A stretch of 64,000 bases of DNA from a virus. The position numbers and the translations under genes are program-made. Where the stretch lies: IMG/VR virus record IMGVR_UViG_3300045988_098456; one strand, given 5' to 3'. Numbering within the stretch: the stretch's first letter is position 1; the number at the start of each line of letters is the position of its first letter. Positions 9,004-15,839 of this stretch are shown piece after piece. Under the pieces are notes generated by a model, which searched no databases, had not been told where the DNA came from, and saw only the letters and a program-made list of their open reading frames with translations.

Positions 9004-9342
9004 ATGAGTAATGCAAGAAAAAATGATATGAATAAGGATATACCAGAAGAGCGAATAACTCTTAGGGTATTGGAGAATTATTCCAAAATGCAAGAAGAAT
9101 TGTGTCGCCTTCGTAAGAAAACACGTGAACAAGGCTACAAACTTAATGAACTCAACAATCAGCTACAGAGGCTTCACTCGAAAGAAGTTAGATGTGAGTT
9201 AGAGAAGTACAGAAAGTTACTCTTAGAGCGTGATGAGTTGCGTGAGAAGAATAAGGCTTTGGAACAGGTTGTAAATCAATACGATGGGTTAAAAAGGTTT
9301 TTTACTAACGAATTGAATAAGAAAGAGGAGGGAAAAGAATGA
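9004..9342 (+). CDS. Coiled-coil protein
   Basis: Heptad-like, charged sequence. Confidence 0.45.
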   Translation: MSNARKNDMNKDIPEERITLRVLENYSKMQEELCRLRKKTREQGYKLNELNNQLQRLHSKEVRCELEKYRKLLLERDELREKNKALEQVVNQYDGLKRFFTNELNKKEEGKE

Positions 9343-10064
9343 TTATAGGATCTATGACGGGGCGTGAACTTTTTGAGATATTCAAGAAAGATAAGCCTAT
9401 GCTAGAAAAGTTTGCTATCGAAAAAGCAAAGAAACTCATCCGTGAGCTTCGTAAGGGAATGGGACGATACACAACTCAGTGTTATGATTTCAAGACGAAA
9501 GACGCTACCGAGTACAAAGTATGCGTGTTTGTAGATAGAGGGAACATAAGACAATTCTATTTTGACATGTTTATCTATTGCAAGGAAACGAACGATTACG
9601 TATGTGCTACTTCCTTGTTGGACGAAGAGAATAGTGCAGAGCAGTTCAGTTATACGCCTCATTTCTTGCGGAGATATGCCGAGCGAGCATTGGGAATAGA
9701 GAATATGCCAATTAATAGGGTGCTTGCTCACATCGAAAGAGAAGTATGCTATACGGTACTTATTTATAAGAATGATACAAGTAAGGTTGTTGCTACAAGT
9801 ATGGGGCTTTATCTGCAAAAGATTGACAAAAGGCGAGGTATCAATATATGCAAGACTTTTGTTAGTGTTGACATGCTTAAAACCTCCCAAATTAAAGCGT
9901 ATATGGTTGTTGCGGACTTAATTGAAGAGTATTCAGAACGATACAATAAAGTTCAAAGGAATGATAATGTACGAGTAGATTTCGCTAATGATTGTTTGAG
10001 AAGAGGTATTACTGAAAAAGATTTGGTTAATGCATATGGTGAATATTTTAAGAACAAAAAATAA
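9339..10064 (+). CDS. Hypothetical protein
   Basis: 241 aa. ATGA overlap with the upstream gene. Confidence 0.5.
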   Translation: MIIGSMTGRELFEIFKKDKPMLEKFAIEKAKKLIRELRKGMGRYTTQCYDFKTKDATEYKVCVFVDRGNIRQFYFDMFIYCKETNDYVCATSLLDEENSAEQFSYTPHFLRRYAERALGIENMPINRVLAHIEREVCYTVLIYKNDTSKVVATSMGLYLQKIDKRRGINICKTFVSVDMLKTSQIKAYMVVADLIEEYSERYNKVQRNDNVRVDFANDCLRRGITEKDLVNAYGEYFKNKK

Positions 10065-10079
10065 AAGAAAGGGATTCGT

Positions 10080-11078
10080 ATGGAGAGAATGACAAGAAAT
10101 GATGCCGCTGCTTATTTAGGTGTAGACCCTCAGACGATTACGAACTGGGTTAACAAGGGCTTGCTTGGAGGCTACAATGATAAAAGCAGTAAACGCTTTT
10201 GGGTGAATGCCGATGATGTTAAGAAGTATTCCGAGAAATACAAGATGTTATCTGTCTCAGAGGATTTACTTGATAGAGAGCAGAAAGAGTTGTTGGCAAG
10301 TGAGCGCAAGGTAAATGCTAAGATACAAATGTTAATGCATGATGCGTTGAACGTTTCTTCTTTCAGCTATGACAAAATAGGTAGTTCACTTTGTATGTTA
10401 TTGGAGTTAACGGCACAATACGGATTACGAGAGAAAAAGATTATGCAAGCATTTTTCAATGGAGACAGAATTAGTGATATAGCCGACAATTTTGAACTAT
10501 CAAGAGAAAGGGTGCGCCAGATTGTTATTAAGGCTATCCGGAAGTTCAACTATGCGATTGAAGAACTTGTAGACTTGAAGATGGAGAACAATTCCTTGAA
10601 AGAGGAAATTAAGAATGTAAAAATGCAGTTTATTATGCAAGAGGGTGAAAAAGAAGAAGAACAACCTGAAGATGTTCCCCCTTCATTGTTCTCCATCAGA
10701 TTAGTTAATTGTAATTTACCGGTTCGTGTCCTTAATGTGACAAAGGCAGCAGACATAGATACTATTGGAGACTTGGTACAATATTCCAAGCTCGATATGA
10801 TAAAATTCCGAAACTTCGGAAAGAAAAGCCTTATGCAATTGGATGACTTTATTCACGAAATGGGATTGGAATGGGGCATGGATAAGGCTAAGATATACGC
10901 AAGGGGTATTCAGCGGATGAAAGATGACTCTTATATTGAAGAGTTGTTTGGAAAGCATCTTGCTGATATAACAAGCGATATTGAGAAAAAGTATAATCTT
11001 TCTCCTGCTGAGGCTATGAAGAGAGCTTATAGTGAAATGAAAAGATATGTAGGATTTAAAGAGAAGAGTAATGAATGA
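10080..11078 (+). CDS. Three-module DNA/RNAP-binding protein: Xis/MerR-like HTH, sigma70 region-4-like HTH and RNAP alpha-CTD-like domain
   Basis: N-terminus MTRNDAAAYLGVDPQTITNWV. Middle ISDIADNFELSRERVRQIVIKAIRKF. C-terminus LPVRVLNVTKAADIDTIGDLVQYSKLDMIKFRNFGKKSLMQLDDFIHEMGLEWGM aligns with the alpha-CTD helix-hairpin-helix. Confidence 0.65.
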   Translation: MERMTRNDAAAYLGVDPQTITNWVNKGLLGGYNDKSSKRFWVNADDVKKYSEKYKMLSVSEDLLDREQKELLASERKVNAKIQMLMHDALNVSSFSYDKIGSSLCMLLELTAQYGLREKKIMQAFFNGDRISDIADNFELSRERVRQIVIKAIRKFNYAIEELVDLKMENNSLKEEIKNVKMQFIMQEGEKEEEQPEDVPPSLFSIRLVNCNLPVRVLNVTKAADIDTIGDLVQYSKLDMIKFRNFGKKSLMQLDDFIHEMGLEWGMDKAKIYARGIQRMKDDSYIEELFGKHLADITSDIEKKYNLSPAEAMKRAYSEMKRYVGFKEKSNE

Positions 11079-11346
11079 AGTATATAATGATGTTTTAGGT
11101 AAGGCGTTAAGCATTAAATCAACCAATAATATTGTCGTAAAAGTAGAGCAAGGAGCATTAGAAATTAATCTGAAACAATGTAGTGTAAAGCGCATTATGT
11201 GGTTCTCTGTCTTCTTGATTGATGGATTTACTATGCGTCCATGCAGTTATACTTTCTATTCCTCTATGAGTGACGATGAGTTGGATGACACATTTACACA
11301 AGTAGAAGGCAGATTGAGCTTTCTGAAAAACTTAAATTCTAAATAA
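11071..11346 (+). CDS. Hypothetical protein
   Basis: 91-aa ORF overlapping the upstream stop. Confidence 0.4.
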   Translation: MNEVYNDVLGKALSIKSTNNIVVKVEQGALEINLKQCSVKRIMWFSVFLIDGFTMRPCSYTFYSSMSDDELDDTFTQVEGRLSFLKNLNSK

Positions 11347-11347
11347 C

Positions 11348-11770
11348 ATGACGGAACAGGAAAGAAAAGTTGTAAACCATGCAATGAAGATTCTAGAGCA
11401 GAGCCAAGATGATGAGGCTAGGGCGTTGGCTGTCAAGTTGTTGGAACAAGGTACAAAAGTTCCTCTTCAGAAAGTGCAGTTTTATGCCGCATATTGCAAT
11501 GGATTGCGTGATGGGTATTCAAGAATATTCGACCTAATACAAGGTGGTGGGTGGCTTGCGAAAGTGAGCAAGAAGGAAATGCCATACTTCGAAGCAGAGA
11601 AGAAACTTGTAGAGAGCTGTATTGATGCTTGCTACGATTATCATATGGGCAAGTATGATATTAGGTACAAGGATAAAGAATTATCCAAAAGTGGTAAGCT
11701 ATTGGCTTGCAAGGCTGTTTTTGTGAAACAAACGATGATTGGTGTTGAGGTTAAATACAACAAAGATTAA
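11348..11770 (+). CDS. Hypothetical protein
   Basis: 140-aa ORF. Confidence 0.5.
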   Translation: MTEQERKVVNHAMKILEQSQDDEARALAVKLLEQGTKVPLQKVQFYAAYCNGLRDGYSRIFDLIQGGGWLAKVSKKEMPYFEAEKKLVESCIDACYDYHMGKYDIRYKDKELSKSGKLLACKAVFVKQTMIGVEVKYNKD

Positions 11771-11840
11771 GAATGATTGCACAATATAGATAAGTGAAGT
11801 TGTAAACCTTTGATATGTAGGTACTCCCTTGCAAATTTTG

Positions 11841-11848
11841 TATCTTTG
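11841..11848 (+). promoter_or_regulatory. -7 promoter box tatctttg
   Basis: TAnnTTTG, 24 nt before the ATG at 11872. Confidence 0.5.
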
Positions 11849-11871
11849 CAAATAAAAAAGGAGATTTATAT

Positions 11872-12513
11872 ATGGCAGATAGAGGATATAGAGGCAGACC
11901 TCAACGAGGCGAAAGAGCGGATAGGCAAATTAATGCCGGACATAGCCGTGGATTGGATATGGCTTTGTCCGACACAGAAGCTAAGATTAGAAAGTTAAAG
12001 ACAGAACGTATTTATGCTTTCGACCAAAATGGAAAAGAGATAAGCCATTCCACAAGAGGTACTTCTACAAGTACGAAATTGCCAAGTGGTTACAATTACA
12101 AAGATGCGATATTGACGCATAATCACCCAGGAGAAGGGTTGGATAACAACATAGCAGGTAGGATAGGAAGAAGCTTTAGTAGTGCAGATATTGCTACTGC
12201 GGTCATAAATAACGCATCTGAGGTAAGAGCTATAACAAGCACTTATACATACTCTATGAAAAGACCGAAGAATGGTTGGGGAATAAGTACGCAACGTCAA
12301 GCCGTGAATGTTGCAAGAAAGATAAAGGATAGGCGTATGAAATATTTTAATTCATATGTCGCTAAACCAAGTTCCGATTACACTCACGGAAGAATGAGTA
12401 GAGATCAGTTGTCAATTGCTTGGGACAGAGCTGATGTAGTTAGTACTAATAAAGCTCTTCGTGAAGTCGCAAAGGAATTAGGTTGGGATTATACCCGCAA
12501 GCGTACATCTTAA
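11872..12513 (+). CDS. Hypothetical protein with a JAB/RadC-like HNHP...S..D motif
   Basis: AILTHNHPGEG...SFSSADI. The spacing is atypical, so the protease assignment is tentative. Confidence 0.4.
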   Translation: MADRGYRGRPQRGERADRQINAGHSRGLDMALSDTEAKIRKLKTERIYAFDQNGKEISHSTRGTSTSTKLPSGYNYKDAILTHNHPGEGLDNNIAGRIGRSFSSADIATAVINNASEVRAITSTYTYSMKRPKNGWGISTQRQAVNVARKIKDRRMKYFNSYVAKPSSDYTHGRMSRDQLSIAWDRADVVSTNKALREVAKELGWDYTRKRTS

Positions 12514-12983
12514 GGAATATATTCAAAGGATGGGTAGTATTGTCCTTCTTCATGTGGAAAGAACCTTCCCATCATTGACAATGCCGTAGTACATTTTTCA
12601 TATTGCTTTTGAAATCCGTACTTCTTAGCTCTCGATAGGTTGTGATGCAGGTCGTTGATTTTGACTTGTATTGCAACCATATCTTTTGAGTCAATGATTG
12701 ATTGTACGTAGTCAAAATACGGAACACCTTCCTTGTGGGTTAGGACACATACACTATCGGCAATGTCTTTTCTAACACCTAGTGATAACAGCTTGTCGTA
12801 GGTCATATCCGTATCTTCAATCGTATCATGGAGAAATCCGACGCAAATCTCTTCGGTACTATTACCCATTCCCCCAACACGGATAGGGTGCAATATAACA
12901 GGTAATCCAACCTTATCAATCTGTCCTTTGTGTGCTTTGCAAGCAATACCGAGGCACAATTCTATCATTTCAGAATCTTTCAT
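12510..12983 (-). CDS. Small alarmone hydrolase (RelA/SpoT-homolog HD-domain (p)ppGpp/(p)ppApp hydrolase)
   Basis: AHKGQIDKVGLPVILHPIRV, FLHDTIEDT and VKINDLHHNL are RSH hydrolase motifs. Confidence 0.85.
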   Translation of the reverse strand: MKDSEMIELCLGIACKAHKGQIDKVGLPVILHPIRVGGMGNSTEEICVGFLHDTIEDTDMTYDKLLSLGVRKDIADSVCVLTHKEGVPYFDYVQSIIDSKDMVAIQVKINDLHHNLSRAKKYGFQKQYEKCTTALSMMGRFFPHEEGQYYPSFEYIP

Positions 12984-13209
12984 ATTCTTCTTTCGTTATT
13001 AACTCACCTAATTCAAGAGCATCTTGTGCATAGGTGTTCTCATTAAACTTAAACTCTTTTGGCTTACGCCCTTTACCTTTTGGGTAACACATAAGTTCTT
13101 TATTTACATATTGATAACGGACAACGATGTCATCCTCCCAATAGAAAACATAAACCGACTCTCCGTTTTTAAGGAGGTGGCTGATTTTGTTCTTATCTTT
13201 ATTGTTCAT
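12970..13209 (-). CDS. Small protein co-transcribed with the hydrolase (possible antitoxin/adaptor)
   Basis: Start trimmed to MNNKDKNK behind its own promoter. 14-nt overlap with the hydrolase start. Confidence 0.45.
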   Translation of the reverse strand: MNNKDKNKISHLLKNGESVYVFYWEDDIVVRYQYVNKELMCYPKGKGRKPKEFKFNENTYAQDALELGELITKEEYERF

Positions 13210-13233
13210 AGTCTTTATCTCCTTATTACAATG

Positions 13234-13241
13234 CAAAGATA
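13234..13241 (-). promoter_or_regulatory. -7 promoter box (tatctttg on the minus strand)
   Basis: TAnnTTTG with tttgca about 20 nt upstream on the minus strand. Confidence 0.55.
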
Positions 13242-13303
13242 TAAAAAATACATTAATCTTGCAAATAAATTAATGTTTATTATTTGAAATTTAAATATAT
13301 TAA

Positions 13304-13918
13304 TTATTGAAACGTAGCATAGTAAGCTTGTTGCATAGATACCGACCTTTGCTTCTTACCTCCGTTACTCTTGGCGGTTCTACTTTGCTCATATAATGCA
13401 TGTCCCCAACCGGATGGTTTCTTGGTCTCTTTATAGATTTCTCGCATGGTCTTCCCACCCAACAGCTTGTAGGCTATCGAGTAATTCTCTTTGGCGTAAA
13501 TCATCTTGGCGGTGTTAACTTGTATTTCACCAATAAGTCCGGTTTTCTTGTTCCGTATATTGATGATGTTTCCTGAATAGCCAGTATCCAGTTTCTGTTC
13601 CTTGAGTCTAACGAACTCAAAGCCCTTGTATTTGCCTTTAAGGTCTTTTATTATTTTCGGTATTGACCCTTTATCTGCGATGATGGTTGTTCTGTACGAG
13701 TCCTTAATGTCTTTGATACCATTAGCCTCGCCCTTAGCCTTGCGTACAATGGAGTCAACACTCTTGTAATTGATAGGAGTGACCCTTGCTCCATACTTCT
13801 TAGCTATACCTTCAGCTATAGCTTGTAGCTTGTTACCAACCGACTCGGCTTTTCTCCGCATAGAGGTAGCTTGTGCTCTCAGCCTAGCATATGCCCCATT
13901 ATTACCAACGTCTCCCAT
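13304..13918 (-). CDS. RelA/SpoT-like nucleotide pyrophosphokinase (small alarmone synthetase, possibly toxSAS-like)
   Basis: KSVDSIVRK, IKDSYRTTIIAD, GYSGNIINI and GEIQVNTAKMIYA follow the synthetase-domain motif order. Start trimmed to MGDVG because TAATTTTG overlaps the annotated TTG start. Confidence 0.6.
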   Translation of the reverse strand: MGDVGNNGAYARLRAQATSMRRKAESVGNKLQAIAEGIAKKYGARVTPINYKSVDSIVRKAKGEANGIKDIKDSYRTTIIADKGSIPKIIKDLKGKYKGFEFVRLKEQKLDTGYSGNIINIRNKKTGLIGEIQVNTAKMIYAKENYSIAYKLLGGKTMREIYKETKKPSGWGHALYEQSRTAKSNGGKKQRSVSMQQAYYATFQ

Positions 13919-13980
13919 ATCTTTTTTGTGCAAAATTAACCAAAATGCAAGCCAATTAATATGTTGCTGCGATATGTTAT

Positions 13981-14002
13981 TTCACTTAAAAGACAAAGTG
14001 AA
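13981..14002. promoter_or_regulatory. Inverted repeat ttcactt-N8-aagtgaa, copy 1 of a late-promoter-associated motif
   Basis: About 43 nt upstream of the -7 box at 14045. Confidence 0.45.
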
Positions 14003-14044
14003 AAGACACGCAAGTAAACATTTCTCTTAAACAATTATTATTCA

Positions 14045-14052
14045 TACCTTTG
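14045..14052 (+). promoter_or_regulatory. -7 promoter box tacctttg
   Basis: TAnnTTTG, 23 nt before the ATG at 14075. Confidence 0.5.
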
Positions 14053-14074
14053 CAAGAAACAATGAGTTGATAAG

Positions 14075-14881
14075 ATGACGAAACCAAGAGATTATTTCAC
14101 AGGCAAGCAAGAAGAGTTCAGACGCTCAGAAGTGCAGATAGCACCATATAATCCAAGGAAGATTTCACCGCAGCAGAAAGCTACATTGAAACGTTCCATA
14201 AGAAAATTTGGCGTTGTTGGTGGTATAACCGTCAATAAGCCAACAATGACCATCGTAGGCGGCAACCAAAAAGTAACCATCATGGATGAGATTATGGGCT
14301 ATCCCGAAAAGGATTATACTCTTTTGGCTGAGGCTGTAAATGTGGATTACAAGACCGAAGTTGAACTGAACTTCATGCTTAATTCCGAGAATGCTCATGG
14401 AGAATGGGATGACATGAAAGTCCGTGAATTACTGCCGGACATAAACTATATGGATGCCGGATTAACGGAAGAAGACCTGTCCCTGTTCGGCTATGATGCA
14501 ATGGTAAAGACTGAAGGCGAAGACGAGTTAGGCAAAGAACTCAATTCCTTACTAGACCCATTTGACAAAGAAATCGAAAGCAGAAAAGAACCAGTATCAA
14601 AGGATGAGCAAGAAGAGCAGAGACGACAGATAGAACAAAATCAAATTATATCCAATCAGCAGCAAGAGGCTCAATATCAAGCGAATAAAGAACGTATGCA
14701 ACAGGTAAAGAAAGAGGTAAATACCAAGGCAGCGGAAAAAGCTTTAGAAGCCGAGTCTTACGTCATGCTTTCTTTTGATAATATAGAGAACAAGGAACGT
14801 TTTATGAGCACCTTTGGCTTTATCGAAACCGACAAGGTAATCAAGGGAGAAATGCTTATGAAAGTAGCAAAACGAATATAA
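14075..14881 (+). CDS. ParB-like N-terminal-domain protein, copy 2 (degenerate motif), Gln/Glu-rich C-terminus
   Basis: SEVQIAPYNPRKISPQQKATLKRSIRKFGVVGGITVNKPTMTIVGGNQKV is parallel to the 5964..6743 N-terminus. Confidence 0.55.
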   Translation: MTKPRDYFTGKQEEFRRSEVQIAPYNPRKISPQQKATLKRSIRKFGVVGGITVNKPTMTIVGGNQKVTIMDEIMGYPEKDYTLLAEAVNVDYKTEVELNFMLNSENAHGEWDDMKVRELLPDINYMDAGLTEEDLSLFGYDAMVKTEGEDELGKELNSLLDPFDKEIESRKEPVSKDEQEEQRRQIEQNQIISNQQQEAQYQANKERMQQVKKEVNTKAAEKALEAESYVMLSFDNIENKERFMSTFGFIETDKVIKGEMLMKVAKRI

Positions 14882-14892
14882 ACGAATAAGCA

Positions 14893-15075
14893 ATGATAAA
14901 GATTATAAGAATATTACTAGGGTACATAATAGCAGCAATAACAATAGGTATGCTCATTCCATTTATGATTGTTTCTATGTTTCTTGGCAAGAGGAGAAAG
15001 AACGCATTCAATATGTGGGTGTCGTGTCTCTTTACTCCTTTGATAAACAAGGTAGGACAATTTGTCAACTCATAA
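14893..15075 (+). CDS. Small membrane protein
   Basis: 60 aa with two hydrophobic segments. Confidence 0.4.
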   Translation: MIKIIRILLGYIIAAITIGMLIPFMIVSMFLGKRRKNAFNMWVSCLFTPLINKVGQFVNS

Positions 15076-15088
15076 ATATCGAAAGATT

Positions 15089-15214
15089 ATGAAGGAAAAC
15101 GGAAAAAGATTAATGAAGATTGCGAACTTGGCTATAACTATGATATTGGCAATACCGATGTTCTTACTAGCCGTTCCTTTCTATATGTATAACAAAATTA
15201 GAGGCAAGGTATAA
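15089..15214 (+). CDS. Small membrane protein (41 aa, below the ORF-track cutoff)
   Basis: Hand-translated as MKENGKRLMKIANLAITMILAIPMFLLAVPFYMYNKIRGKV. Confidence 0.3.
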   Translation: MKENGKRLMKIANLAITMILAIPMFLLAVPFYMYNKIRGKV

Positions 15215-15260
15215 ATCCCATCTGCCCAATATATAGCGAAACAATAATAAATTCAAGAAT

Positions 15261-15839
15261 ATGGCAAAACCGAAATTTGATTACAATGGCGATGCTTTCT
15301 ACGATGAGATAGAACAGCTTGCAAAGCAAGGTCAGAAGGATTCTGAAATTGCCTACGCCCTTGGTTTGAAGTTTGGGGTTGACCTAAATCCACAGGTCTT
15401 CAACCGAATGAAAAACGGAAAATACGAGAATTGGAATGAAGACGAAAATGTGGAAAGAGGAGAAAGGATAACTCAATCCCTCGTGCGTGGCAGAGAGTTT
15501 ATCAATGCAATCGTGCGTGGAAGATTCCTTAAATGCGCCCTTGGAGGTGTCAAGGTAAAAGGCAAGACAACCACCAAAAGACACATGGTTGTAGATGGAG
15601 TTATGACAGATGATATAGTAGTGGAAACTAGAGAAACCGAGCAGGAGACCCCACCTAACGTACAAGCTCTTTCTACTTGGTTATTCCATTACGATATGAC
15701 TTGGAGAGAGATACAGAGAGGTAAGAAGGATGAAGAGGAAAAGGGCATTCCTTTTGACCCTAAGAAAGGTATATCCGTCAACAAGTGGATAGAAAGAGAG
15801 ATTGAGCAGGAAGCAGAAGAGCAAGGGGAGGGTGAATAA
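15261..15839 (+). CDS. Terminase small subunit candidate
   Basis: The N-terminus is HTH-like (DSEIAYALGL). The stop overlaps the TerL start (ATAATG). Assigned mainly by position. Confidence 0.5.
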   Translation: MAKPKFDYNGDAFYDEIEQLAKQGQKDSEIAYALGLKFGVDLNPQVFNRMKNGKYENWNEDENVERGERITQSLVRGREFINAIVRGRFLKCALGGVKVKGKTTTKRHMVVDGVMTDDIVVETRETEQETPPNVQALSTWLFHYDMTWREIQRGKKDEEEKGIPFDPKKGISVNKWIEREIEQEAEEQGEGE

